Assembly: GCF_006345805.1 (NCBI RefSeq)
Contig: NC_043000.1
Span: 4,774,001-4,838,000, forward strand
Origin: Octopus sinensis
Lineage: Eukaryota
Length of the DNA stretch: 64,000 nucleotides
Reading direction: 5' to 3'
The translations under genes and the position numbers were made by a program. Shown in pieces: positions 40,886 through 53,796 of this stretch. Position 1 is the first letter of the stretch. Every line of letters starts with the position of its first letter. The notes beneath the pieces are model-generated. The model was not told the origin of the DNA and did no database searches. It saw only the letters and a list, made by a program, of their open reading frames with translations.

Positions 40886-41300
40886 CTCTTTTACTCTTTT
40901 ACTTGTTTCAGTCATTTGACTGCGACCATGCTGGAGCACCGCCTTTAGTCGAGCAAATCGACCCCGGGACTTATTCTTTGTAAGCCCAGTACTTATTCTA
41001 TCAGACTCTTTTTGCCGAACCACTAAGTGACGGGGACGTAAACACACCAGCATCAGTTGGCAAGCAATGCTAGGGGGACAAACACAGACACACAAACACA
41101 TACATATATATACACACATATATATATACATATATACGACAGGCTTCTTTCAGTTTCCGTCTACCAAATCCACTCACAAGGCATTGGTCGGCCCGGGGCT
41201 ATAGCAGAAGACACTTGCCCAAGGTGCCACGCTGTGGGACTGAACCCGGAACCATGCGGTTGGTTAGCAAGCTACTTACCACACAGCCACTCCTGCGCCT
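40886..41300 (-). mobile_element. SINE family D (young copy)
   Basis: Very similar to 8727-9138 and to the reverse complement of 54467-54868. Confidence 0.85.
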
Positions 41301-41419
41301 ATCATCATCACAATCATGATTTAACGTCCAGTTTCCATGCTGGCATGGGTTGGACAGTTTGACAGGAGCTGGTCAGCTAAAGAGATGCCCAGGTTCCATG
41401 TCTGTTTTGGTAGGGTCAG

Positions 41420-42612
41420 TTGGGCACTGTCTGTGATAGAAACAGCAGCATGACGCAATTCTCTTTGCCAGAAATTTGGAAACAACATGCTGTACTGCTT
41501 GACATTTGTGCCAGAAGCTCCAATACAAACATTTCAGAATGTTCGGTTGTCAATCTGAGGACAGCGCAGAGAATTTGGAGAGAGTTGGATAAGTCTAATG
41601 TTGATTACAAAGGTATGGCAGCTCAGAAAACTCACTCTGATCATTCTGATGAGAAAAGAATTCCTGAATTTGTTGGCAAGAACCAGGCCATGACTGACAA
41701 TGATCCCTCCAAGTCAATCAGGCCATTGCCAGGGACATGAGAGTATCTGAGTTTCTTATCAGGCAGGTAGTGCATGAAGACAGTCAGTATTCCTCATACA
41801 AGATGAGAAAGGGCCAGTTTTTATCGCAAGCCATCAAGGACAAGAGGAAAGACCACACTACAAAGCTTTTGAATAAACTCAAGCATCCCTTCCAACCGAA
41901 CATGCTTTGGTTTTTTTCTCAGACAAGAAAAATTTCTGCCAAGTTCAGATGGTGAACACACAGACCTGTAGGCTTGCCATGTCCCCAAAACATGTACCAA
42001 GAGTGATGAAAATCAAACAATCAGTCAACATCATGGTGTTTGGACTGATCACTAATGATGGCGACATTATGCTTCCATTCATCTTCCCATACAGCCTCAA
42101 ACTCAACACGGAGGCCTACATCAAGTACCTGGAGGAGGTAGTGCTGCCCTGGGTCAAGAGGGTGGCTGCTGGAAGACCCTGTGTCTGGCAACAGGACCCT
42201 GCACCATACCACACAAGCAGGAGAACCCAGTCATGGCTGTCAGACAGTTTCTCTGACCACATCACCCTTAACATCTGGCCACCTAAATCCCCAGACTGCA
42301 ACCCCCTTCATTATTATGTGTGGGGTCCAGTTAAGTGAGAGACTTAACAAAACTCCTTGTAACACCAAAGATAAACTGAAAGCAAGGATTATGGCAGTAT
42401 ACACAAACTTAAACAAGGAGACCGCCCAGAAGAGTTGCAGGAGATTCTGAAATCATCTGGAGGCCATGGTTCAAACCAATAGTGATTTTATCGAATAAAT
42501 TTACTGATAGTATTTCAAGATATTTTTATGTAATTTTGGTAAATATATCTGTTAAAATGAAATGTCAATGTTATTTTCATAATTGAGATGACAGTTTATT
42601 CACCACACCCTG
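41420..42612 (+). mobile_element. maT / DD37D-type Tc1-mariner transposon, left TIR missing, decayed
   Basis: Frameshifted transposase from ATG 41450: FFSDKKNF, WQQDPAPYHTS, WPPKSPDCNPLHYYVW (37 residues, with the third D changed to H). Right end CACCCTG followed by TA at 42613-42614. Confidence 0.85.
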
Positions 42613-42665
42613 TATAGTTAAATTGTATTTCAAATTAAAGTTTAGGTAGGAAACTTTAAAGTGTA

Positions 42666-42915
42666 TTACAGTTATATATTTAAGAGATGAGGAATTATGT
42701 ACATTATTTACATTATTTACATTTGATGGATATTTGTCCTCATCTTGTTTGTTGCTAATACAATGTTTCAGGTGATATACTCTCCAGCCTTCATCAGGTT
42801 CGAAATTTCCCCAAGACACCTGATGAAGGCTGGAGGTTATATCAGCTGAAACATTGTGTTAACAACAAACAAGATGAGGACAAATATTTGTCAAATGTAA
42901 ATAATGTAAATAATG
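42666..42915. mobile_element. Palindromic insertion of the same hammerhead-bearing tail, with 14-bp TSD
   Basis: Arms 42666-42799 (minus) and 42800-42915 (plus) join at a caggt microhomology. Flanked by direct repeat AACTTTAAAGTGTA at 42652-42665 and 42916-42929. Confidence 0.8.
42815..42860 (+). ncRNA. Degenerate hammerhead ribozyme copy
   Basis: GACAC CTGATGA A GGCTG..CAGCT GAA ACAT T GTGTT. The stem-III palindrome ACGT is mutated to ACAT. Confidence 0.5.
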
Positions 42916-43089
42916 AACTTTAAAGTGTAGGATCCAAACCATGTTTTGGGGATATCCCTCGTAGTGTGCCTGCAAAGCACGTTCACCACTTGCGACTACC
43001 AGGCATCTACCAGGGTAGTGCACTTTCATTGCTGGATGTATGTAAGGAATTCCTCGGTGCACATTGAGTGTACTCTAAAGGATCAATAT

Positions 43090-43342
43090 AGAAGACAGAG
43101 TGCACTGGAAGCTTTATTAGGACAACAGTCATTTTGGTTTACTTCTGCACTGCTCCCTGGTGGGTGGGGAATGATGTAAAGCAGTTTATGTGACCTGAAT
43201 AGGAGGTTTCTTTTGCACTATGGGATGCATTCGATTCCATTACATCGTTCCCCCCCCACCACCACCACCACTAAGGAGCAGTGCAGAAGTAAGCCGAAGT
43301 GATTATTGTCTTAAATGAAGCATCCAGTATACTCTGTTTTCA
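43090..43342. mobile_element. MITE with inverted arms of about 65 bp
   Basis: gagtgcactggaagc...ttacttctgcactgctcc (43098-43157) is inverted at 43276-43335. Confidence 0.65.
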
Positions 43343-44046
43343 CTTCAGCAATGCAATTACATGTGTGCCTTTGGCGATTTCACCTTCTTTGGACTTTTCC
43401 CTTTCTCCTCTCCGATGGAGAGCTATGCTCGAAACATCAAACTCTCACCTTCCATCGAGCCTTGAGCTAATAGATTTTTTGTGCACGTCCTCATATTTGT
43501 TTTTTTTTTGTTTTTTATTCGTTTATTTGAATTGTCTCCCTCTCTATATATATATAGGGTGTGTGCATGCATGTGAGTGTAAGTGTGTTTGTAAGAGTGA
43601 GAGAGCATAACGTTGGCTACCACTCACTAATGAGTATGGACTGGTAAGTAAGTACAATGCTTTTGCAGTTTGTTTTAGGCATCGATGTAGTTGCAAGCAG
43701 ACAGAGACACTTATTTGGCCCTCCCGACACTTGACCCCAACGGGACATCAGGGAGAGGTGATGGCTGGAAAGAGAGAACTGCATACAAGTAGTAGCAGGT
43801 CTTCATTTTGCAGCAGAGTAGATAGAAGCAATGTGAAAAGCACCTTCCTCAAGGACACAGCATTTTGTCTAGCACAGGAATTGAACCCACACCCTTAGAA
43901 GTCTCTGCCCTACACCCTAACCTTTGTATGAAAGTGTGTGTGAAAGTGTGTCTGTATGTGTGCATGTATATGCTTACAGTCTAAAAACTGATGTAATTTA
44001 TGTTGTTTGTCATTGTCCAATAACTTAGTGGCTTGACCAACATAAA

Positions 44047-44370
44047 GACCCCCTTCGGTCATGAATGACCATGGGATTGCACCTAGAAAGTTACCCTCCC
44101 AGGCACAAGTCCAGGCAATGATGTTTATGGAAGACCAGCAGTCGCCCATGCATACTGGCTGCCCCTCTCCACGCCACCAGTGTTATCCAAGGGAAAGGCA
44201 AAGGCTGATACAGCTTGGCACCAGTGACGTCACAACTCATTTCTACAGCTGAGTGAACTGGAGCAACGTGAAATAAAGTGCTTTGCTCAAGAACACAACA
44301 CGCAGCCCAGTCCGGGATTCGAGCTCACAACCTCACGATCGTAAGCTCGACGCTCTAACCACTGAGCCAT
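44047..44370 (-). mobile_element. SINE family E
   Basis: Same consensus. Others at about 4225-4518, 22385-22718, 31610-31918 and 58887-59225, with head-only pieces at 16540-16665 and 21225-21510. Confidence 0.85.
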
Positions 44371-45234
44371 AGATCAATAAGTATGTACCAGACTGCGATA
44401 AGTAGTTAATTCCATATGATTGGCTAAAGCTTCAAAGTCAGTGCCCCAGCAATAAAAATCTAACCATTTTTTTGTCTCAATCCACATAGTGCTACCTCAT
44501 CTCTTCCTCTGTTTCAAATGAAAGCATATGATGCATAATATTGGGTGCAAGCATGGCAGTGTGATTAAAGAGCTCACCTGACAAACATGCGGTCTTAGGT
44601 TCAGTAGAGAAACTTGCCATGTGTGCGCATGCATGAGTACGTACACCCTTGTGTTGACATTGCGTGATAGTTGTAAGTGAGTGCCACTGTCATACAAGCA
44701 GTGTCGTCTGCTTCCAGTCTGCTACAAAACATGTCAGGCCACAGGGAAAATATTACTTTGCTCGGAAACAAGTTAGGGTTAACAAAAAAAGGGGTACACG
44801 GCCATAGAAAACCTGCCTTAGTGAATTCTGTCTGATCCATGCAAATATGGAAAAGTAGATGTTAAAAATGATGGTGATGATGATGATGATGATGATGATG
44901 ACTGTAACATTATTGTAAGGTAATTCGTAATAGAGAGATGAAACTAAATGTGGTAAAGCATCCATTCTACTGCGCCTCCTCACCACCCATGTGTCTCGAC
45001 TCCCCGAAAAATTGTGTCGAGTGAAAATTAGAACTTCAGAAAGTATAACGAGAAAGACTATGAAGACATAATTACCAAAACACTCCTGAATTCAGCGTTC
45101 TTGAAAGTGTATACCAAAAACTATGTTAGCAGCTGTGAATAATGTGAACAGAAACCTAAAAATAAATAAAATGAGAGTGAAGGAAAAATATAATTAATTA
45201 ATGATATAAATATGTGTGTATACATACATTCATA

Positions 45235-46240
45235 CAGGGTGTGGATGTTATTTGAGGACACCTTTTTTGGTAAATTTTGATCTTTTCACCTGCATGATTT
45301 TCACTAAGGAAAAAAAAAAAAACTTGGAGTCTTTGCATGGAATCAAGTACCCTGACCTCCTAATATGCTACAAAATCCTTTTTGGGGTCCAGAAAACGGG
45401 ATGGGGTGGGGTGGAACCCTTGGCAATTTCAATTTTTCAATTTGCAAATTTTGGCGCCGAAATGCATTTCATTTTCGTGGGGAGAGAGAGAGAGAGTGTG
45501 TGAGTGAGAGAAAGAGAGAGTGTGTGAGTGAGTGAGTGAGAGAAAGAGAGAGTGAGTGGAGGATGAGATTTACCCAAACATTGAATGGGTAACAATCTAT
45601 CATAATTATATACATCATTATACCTCATCATCATCGTTTAATGACTGTTTTCCATGCTGGCATGGGTTGGACAGTTTGGCTGAGGATTGGCAAGCCAGAA
45701 GGCTGCAACAGGCTCTAATCTGATCTGGCAAAGTCTCTACAGCTGGATGCCCTTCCTAATGCCAACCACTCCAAGAGTGTAGTGGGTGCTTTTCAAGTGT
45801 GGCTGGCACAGGGGGCCAGTCAGATGGCACTGGCATTGATCACGCTTGAATGGTACATTTTACGTGCTGCCAGCACTGGCAGCGGTGGTCCAGTTTCACC
45901 CCACTTTTTTTTCGAAACAAAAATAAGGGAATTGCTGCATATTAGGAGATCAAGGTACTTGATCCCATGCAAAAAATCCAAGTTTTTTTTATCATAGTCG
46001 AGGCGTCCACCTCACCCCCCCCCCCATTTTCCAGAACCCAAAAAGGGTTTTGTAGCATATTAGGAGGTCGCCAAAATTAATTAAAATGAAAAAAAAAAAA
46101 AATTCCAATGATTCCAGGATATGGTGAGGGAGGGGTCTCCCCCCCCCTTTCTTTCCACACAAAAATAAGGAGTTTGCAGCAAAAAATCTGAGTATTTTTT
46201 TTCTTAGTGAAAATCATGTAGGTGAAACAAGCAAATAATA
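45235..46240. mobile_element. Probable Tc1/mariner-derived non-autonomous element with inverted subterminal repeats; RTE 3' end inserted in the centre
   Basis: TA|CAGGGTG start. 45280-45410 recurs inverted at 45937-45985, 46010-46068 and 46195-46230. Confidence 0.5.
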
Positions 46241-47847
46241 ACCTTGTTTTTTGTTATTATTTTATTTGACTAATTATTATTCAACTTCTGTTTCAGAAAA
46301 TAGCAATGACAGGACCAATGCTTAGTAGGGCAGAGTGAATTGCCTCTTAGTACTGTTTTTTTCACAGATGGTGCCCAACTGACCCTACTATACTGTGTAG
46401 TTGACAAAATAAAAAGAAAACAATGTGCATGCATGAAGTTAAAAATATAAAATGGCAACAATTTTCCCATCGCACCTGTATATTTGCGTGTGTGTGTGTG
46501 TATAGTGAATAGATAGGGACTGTGTATCTAGGTGTGTACTGTTTTAAAGCACTTGGTTATAATCCAAGTTGTGGCTAACCACATCGAGCGGTAAGGAGCA
46601 ACTAGGATATGTGTGTGAGTGTGTGTGTGTAATAGAAGAGAGGTGGCAGTAACCTCACAGCTTCAATTCACAGATGTGAAGTTACTGTTTAATGAAGAGC
46701 AGCTGGTTAAGCCTTCAAAGTCACTGTCAGCCCTCTTTTTGTAAAAATGTAATACACATGTATTACCTCCACAAAAAAATATTCAGCAATTCTTTGTTTA
46801 ATGTTATAGATTGTTTGGACACCGTTAAAGGCACCCATGGAGCAGTGATGTGAAACTGGGTAACAAATTTAGTCTACCATCCAAAAAGACCCTTGCAGGA
46901 CTTCAATGCAGAATGCAAAACCAGAAAAAATACTACAGCGCATCTGATTGGATATTCTAAGTTCTGCCAATCCACTGCCCTGGAATGGTACTTTGTTCAT
47001 CAATTCTGGAAGTATGGAAGGCAAAGTTTACATTAGCAGGATTTGAACTCAGAATGCAGTGAGTTGGAACAAATACCAAGATGTATTTTGTCCAATGCTT
47101 TAACAACTCAGGTAATGTACCACCTAATGTATGTATATATATATATGATCTGCAATAATTTACGAGTAGGAACTTCAAATTCTTCTGGCTGCCAGATGGC
47201 CGGCCCAGTTTCACAGTACCATGCACATTACAGTATAAAATAAACTCGCATCATTTATGCTAATTTACAGGTACCTGTATTTCATTTAATTATTTAAATT
47301 AATATTTGTTTAATTTAGAGATAGCCATCCTTGGTTCAGAAAAATCAGTAACCTGGAAGGGTTTTGGACCCAAAGGTCCAGGAAAACTGATGTTCTCTCT
47401 CTCTCTCTCTCGCTCTCTCTATCTCTCTCTATCTACACACACATATGTTATGTTAGTTTTTATGTTCAGTTTTAATAAAGACAAAATTTCATTAATCTGA
47501 TGGGTTATTCTATACTTTTGTAGACCACAAATCTATTAATCTTAAACGAGAATATTATTGACAGTAACTTTGAAGTTCTGGCCAGTTAAGTCATCATCAC
47601 TCTGGCAGTCCAATGATGGCTTAATATTCTTGTTTAACAATAGACAGACAGATAGACTGACTGACTAACTGACAGACAGACAGATAAATAAATAGATAGA
47701 TTGAGGAGATGACTATAATCCTGGCTATCATTTCATTAGCACATCTTGCTAGATCTTAGCAAGCACAGTATTCCAAAATCAAAAGGGGATCTGTAAGACT
47801 TATACAACTCCAAAATAAGGTCCAGTAGGTTTAATATAAGCTCTGGT

Positions 47848-48184
47848 GACCCCCTTCGGTCAGACACTGACAATGGGTTTGCACCTAAAGAGTTACCCTC
47901 TGAGGCACAAGTCTGAGCAAGGTTTTTTTTTTATGGAAGACCAGCAGTCGCCCATGCATACCAGCCTCCCCTCTCCACGTCACCGATGTTGTCCAAGGGA
48001 AAGGCAAGGGCCGATACAGCTTGGCACCTGTGACACCGCAACTCATTTCTACAGCTGAGTGAACTGGAGCAACGTGAAATAAAGTGTCTTGCTCAAGAAC
48101 ACAACACGCAGCCCGGTCCGGGATTCGAGCTCACAACCTCACAATCGTAAGCTCAACGCTCTAACCACTGAGCCACGCGCCTTC
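47848..48184 (-). mobile_element. tRNA-derived SINE family E
   Basis: Minus-strand head ggcgcgtggctcagtggttagagcg..gagctcgaatcccgg; CORE-like gttcttgagcaagacacttt. Confidence 0.85.
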
Positions 48185-49029
48185 TCTACAGAGTGAATAA
48201 TAAAAGTAATGGTTTAAATGAGGAAAAGAGAAGTCAAATTGACATTCTAAGAGTTTCTGAAAATGGAAAAATCTCCAAAACCATCTATTTTTCTCTCTGA
48301 TTGTCTCTCTATATTTCTCTCTAACTCTCTCCTTCCTTGTCCTTCTGGGGTAGCCAAGTATCTCCTTTATAGCAAGACAACTATCTCTGTCCCTATATTA
48401 TACTCTAGCCCCTCATCTGACACACAGCCACTTCCTTTCGCTCCACTCCCCCTCTCAGCTACTTAGTGGCCCTGTTGGAGAGGAAGTCACATAAAAAGCA
48501 CCTGTGTTGGTGCCACGTAAAAAGCACCAAGTATGATGCTCTGTAATGTGGTTGGGATTAGGAAGGGCATCCAGCCATAAAAGTTATGCCAAAATAGATA
48601 AACGGAGGTTGGTGCAGCTCTCTGGCTTGACAAATCCTGTCAAATTGTCCAACCCATGACAGCATAGAAAACAGACATTAAATGAAGATGATGATTATGA
48701 TGATGATGTACAATACCATTTATTCCATTCTCATACAATGTTACGCATTTTATTAAATGCTACATAACACATAACAATTTATGGAAATGTGTAATAATGA
48801 TGCTATAATCTTTTCCCTTCCTCAGATGTAATGATTTGAAGGCAAGACCAACCAAAAACCAAATGAATATTTTGGTAGAAGTTCATTTGAGTGTATTTAC
48901 AATATGTAAATAGAGTGAACACTTAAAGCGTTCACTTGATATCTCTTGTAAGTTTCAAGACAATTAATCATGACATCATATGAATTGCAGATTGTATGAG
49001 ATATAGAATAAATGGTATTGTCCGTTTAC

Positions 49030-49582
49030 AGAAGAAGCACTCCATCGGTTGCGATGACGAGGGTCCTAGCTGATACGATCAATGGAAAAGCTTGCTTGTG
49101 AAATTATCATGCAAGTGGCTGAGCAATCCACAAACACAAGTACCCTTAACCCTTTAGCATTCAAACCGATCATATCTGGCCAAAATATTTAACCTGTTTT
49201 ATATTGAAACTGACCAGATCTCGCCTCTCACCTCAGCCCTACCATGTCATTCTAAAACTAAAAAATAACATCACTGAAATCCCTAAACTACAAAATAATG
49301 CATGATTAATTCAAAACAATATAAATAAACAAACATCACATTTGACAGAATAATCTGAACACTAAAGGGTTAATGTAGTTCTCAGGGAGATTTAGCATGA
49401 CACAGAGTGTGACAAAACCAACCCTTTGAAATACAGGTACTACTCATTTTTGTCAGCTGAGTGGACTGGAGCAACGTGAAATAAAGTGTCTTGCTCAAGA
49501 ATACAATGCGCTACTGTGAATTGAACTCATGACCTTACGATCATGAGCCGAATACCCCTAACCACTAAGCCATGAGCTTTCA
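49030..49582 (-). mobile_element. SINE with family-B tail and family-E-type core, carrying the piggyBac MITE
   Basis: Tail matches 12340-12481 inverted; core cagctgagtggactggagcaacgtgaaataaagtgtcttgctc; tRNA head at the right end. Confidence 0.75.
49150..49369. mobile_element. piggyBac-type MITE nested in a SINE
   Basis: TTAA|CCCTTTAGCATTCA ... TGAACACTAAAGGG|TTAA; 220 bp. The empty site is seen in the SINE copy at about 12361-12375. Confidence 0.9.
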
Positions 49583-49655
49583 CCCGTTTTCAGAAACAAC
49601 TGTAATCTCAATTTGATTTCTTTCCCCATTCAAATCATTACCATTTTATATATAT

Positions 49656-49960
49656 ATATCTCCAAAGGTCTCAGTCACCTGTCACTGCCTCTGTGAGGCC
49701 CAACGTTCAATGGTTGTGCTTCTCCACTTCATCCCAGGTCTTCCTGGGTCTAGCTCTTCCACAAGTCACTGAGACCTTTGGAGATATGCTGTGCTTGAGA
49801 AGACCTGTTGAGTCAAGTGAAATCATTGTCATGGCCAATGCCAGTACCACCTGACTGGCACATAAAAAGCACCATTCAAGCGTGGTTGATGCCAGTGCTG
49901 CCTGACTGGTTTCTGTGCTGGTGGCACCATTCGAGCATGCACATTGCCAGTGCCACCTGA
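49656..49960. mobile_element. RTE 3' end with an inverted 5' segment
   Basis: 49656-49764 is antisense RTE ORF tail; 49765-49960 is sense. A 23-nt overlap forms an inverted repeat. Confidence 0.7.
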
Positions 49961-52801
49961 CTGGCCCCCATGCTCAGCATGCTAATGACTCTGCCAACTC
50001 ATCATCTTCATATGTCAAAATAGTAATGACAAGGAGAGTGATTAAAGAGGAGGTAAAATGGCTGCATGGATAATGTGTATTGAATTACCAATACATAGAT
50101 TATAAGTTTAAATCCAATGTTGTGTTTCTGGGCAGAACAGCTTATTTCGCTTTGCTATAGTTCATTTAAATGTTGAACCTAGGTTTATCAGATTATCTGA
50201 GGCTAGGATCTTATCTATGATAAGACTTGTCTTCCTTTTGACAGTAAGATTCATCTGTCATCCACTTAACAACATAAAATGAGAGTTAGGCACTGATGCA
50301 AGGTGACTAAATGTAAGAATCACTAGAAAATCAGGCGAACTGTTTTGTAACAATTGTTCTGGCTCATTGCATTTTAAACTGAAATCCTGCAGAGGTCAAC
50401 TTTTGCTTTTCAGATTTAAAAGATCAATAAGATAAGTCATATACTACAGTCAATTCTCTCTCTCTCTCGCTCTCTCTCCCCATCTCATTCACACAGATAT
50501 AGCTACACAGCACTGTATAATAGTCATAGGGTGGGGTGGGGGGCTACTTACAATGACCTGAGCTTCCAATGAATGAAGGCGGGTTGATCCAAGATTAAGC
50601 AGCCTCTTGATACAAAAGCCATCCAAAGAAACCAGAGAAAATGGACAAGGGTGGACCGAGGTGTTGATATTACATAAAATTTTAAAAGGTGATATGCAAG
50701 AAACTCTCAGGACTTTGACAGCATTTACATCATCATCATCATCATCATCATTTAGCGTCCGCTTTCCATGCTAGCATGGGTTGGACGGTTCAACTGGGAT
50801 CTGTGAAGCCAGGAGGCTTCGTCAGGCCCAGTCTGATCTGGCAGTGTTTCTACGGCTGGATGCCCTTCCTAACGCCAACCACTCCGTGAGTGTAATATTA
50901 CATATACAGTAATATGTAATATTAAAGTCATTGCATAATCTTTATAATACCAAAATACTCAAAGATACCACAAAGGAGCCTTACTAATTAAAAGGGAGCT
51001 CTACTTGCTGTGAAAAGAGACACACCAGATAAGAAAGGGTCTTCAATATGACAAAGATGCTTTACTTGTCATCAAGGGAGCATCTCTAACCATCAAGAGA
51101 TTCCACTAACTAAAAGAGCGTTCTGTTCAGGGATGAGTGTTATAATCTCAATCTCTTATACACCACAGAAACTGGATTAAACTCCTAGGATTCATTATGA
51201 ACCTAAGTCTAAGTCTATGACACTATCTATCAGTTGCAAATTACTTCTAGAAATATCAGTGTTCCTTATCTGGTCTTGCATTATTTTGCTTTTTCCCTGT
51301 GACAAGTGGTGGGGTTTGAATTCAGAAGACACAATGCCAGGTAAAAATCCTACAATGCCACTCACCTGGCAATCTAACAATTGCACTGGTTCTTTATTAT
51401 TTATCTTCAGTGGGATTTGGAAGTTAGAATGAATACTGCAAACTGTTCTACCTGATAACACTACATGTAGTGGTGGTTGTATGCCTCAGTGAGATCTGGG
51501 AGCTATGTCAGTGGAGTGTAAGATCCTAGTAGGGCCTCCCATGCTGGACAGGTCAGATAGAGGTCGGACTAATACAGAACACCTTTTCCCAGAGATAATC
51601 ATGGGTTTGTGTAGAGCCAACACCCCTACCTAGAAAAATAAAACAAAGTTACGGAAGCATCAATAGCAATTCAAAACTGACAAGGCCTGGGAGGAGAGGG
51701 CCTTCTCTTAGGGAAACATGAAATCATCATCATCATTTAAAGTTTGCTTTCCATGCTGGCATGGGTTGGGCAGTTTGACAGGGGCTGGCCAGGCAGGAGC
51801 CTGCAGCAGACTTCTGTGTCTGTTTTGGCAGGGTTTTTATGGCTGGATGCCCTTCCTAACACCAACCAACAACCCAGCAGAGTAGACTGAGTGCTTTTTA
51901 TGTAGCACAAGCACAGGTGAGGTGAGTTTTGGCATGGTTTTTACACCAACCACTTTACAGCATAGACTGGATGCTTTTTAAGTGGCACCAGCACTGGCAA
52001 GGTCACCAGCAAAATCCAGAAGAAAGAAGAGAAATAGGGATGCAACTAGAGAGAAACAGGGAAAAACCACCCAGAGTCAAGATTAGAAGAGGAAAGTTGT
52101 CAATGATCACTGCTCAATAGTGAGTGGAGGGTTTAAGTGAATACAGAAGTAATTTTATCCAATACTCTAATGATAACCACTTAACTATCTTATGTAAATA
52201 ATATGTGTAATATACAATGCAGGGGAAAGTTGTGGTGGGGATGAGTACCAACAAAAACAACAGAGTATATAGGCTAATGAGTTTGAGTAAGTTTGTATGC
52301 AATGGAGAGAAGAGGAGTCTGTGGGAAAATTTTGTTTTTTGCGGATAACATCAGTCCTTAAAAGTCAGATTTCTCTTCTCTTTTCCAAACTCATGACATT
52401 TCAAACGTAAATAGATAACAAGGGTTAGACAAGTACAGCTTTCAGCTGCATCTAACAGAAGAATTTCCCATAAATAAACAAGTGCTCGAAGAACCTGCCT
52501 TGCTCAGTTCAAACTCTTCTATGGACCTGAGGAAACAAAATCTGGAAGCCAACACGAGTACTCAGTCTCCAGTTGTTACGATTAAGTTTGTGATTGGATG
52601 CAGATCCTGGTTTGTGATTACTGGCTGTATGTGCTGGCTGATGTACAACAGTCTTGCTCATCACATGTAAGTAAATGAAAAAGTAACTTTTCAACTTGAA
52701 AGAGAAGACTGAGGGGAAGGAAAGACCAAAGCTGAAAATACATAATAAATGTATTTACTAATGAGTTCCACATTAGTATCATTTGCAATTATTATATTCA
52801 A

Positions 52802-53200
52802 CTAGCAGTATCGCCCGGCGTTGCTCGGGTTTGTAAGGGAAATAACTATAAAGCATTTTTAGAGAGTTATAGCCAAAAAATAGCAAAAAATGCATTAAAA
52901 ATGGAAAAAAAATTATGGTAAATTTTTTTTAAATCGTTGACTCATCGTAGACATTTTTAGAGAGTTACTTCCCTTATATAATAGCGAAAAAATGCATTAA
53001 AATGGAAAAAAATAATGGTAAATTATTTTTAAAATCGTAGACTCATCGTAGACGCGCGCTAATACCCAGAAGGGCTTGATATGAATCACGACTATAAGAT
53101 ACCCGGTTTTGGTTAAACTGCACCGCAAAATGTGGGAGTAGTTAGGAATCTAAATCGTAGGAGACAGACACTCACACAACTTCACTTTTATATATAAAGA
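52802..53200 (-). mobile_element. Non-autonomous Helitron
   Basis: Minus strand A|TCTTTATATATAAAA ... CCCGAGCAACGCCGGG hairpin ... CTAG|T. Internal tandem duplication. Confidence 0.85.
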
Positions 53201-53796
53201 TATAAATTTAAATCTATTTAGAACAGTAATGATATAACCGGCAATGAAGATTATCCACATTCTTTAGTTAGAGGTCAGTTCTGACAGAGCAGATATAGGA
53301 TCAAATCAAACAGGTTCCAGTCACGATCATCTCCCACTCTTCTCCCAGGTATGGCATATTTAGAACTACATTATCTAATGTGTCCATCCTTTTCAAAGGA
53401 GATTCAACTGTTATTTCTAGCAAGTCAGGCAACCACATAGAGACTGCTTTGTTGACACTTGGTAACTCGGTGCAACTGGCCCAGAGCCACATACTAGTGT
53501 TTATGTGAATTTGTATATGAAGTTCTAGTAAATGACACCAAAGTTATAATTATTACTTGGTACTTCTAGTGTTAATTTTTGGTTTCTTAATTAAGCACAA
53601 GTATGACCTATAAACAAGAAGAAAGATAGGTGAATGAATTTATTTTCGTATATATGTCCAGCGCTTAGTTTTGTTGACCTGAGAGGGATAAAATATAAAG
53701 TTGCCCTTTCCCCTGGCATTTGAGTTCAGAATGAATGTAATAGTGCTAACGTGCTTATTATATACAGTGCTCAGGTGCACAATGACTCATTGGAAA

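Noticed and set aside
48100-48184. tRNA-like sequences here and at 12099, 40185, 54467 and 57550
   Set aside because: SINE heads with no complete cloverleaf; each is joined to a repeat body.
52482-52694. Short ORFs on both strands in unique sequence
   Set aside because: No frame resembles a known protein, and the splice signals conflict.
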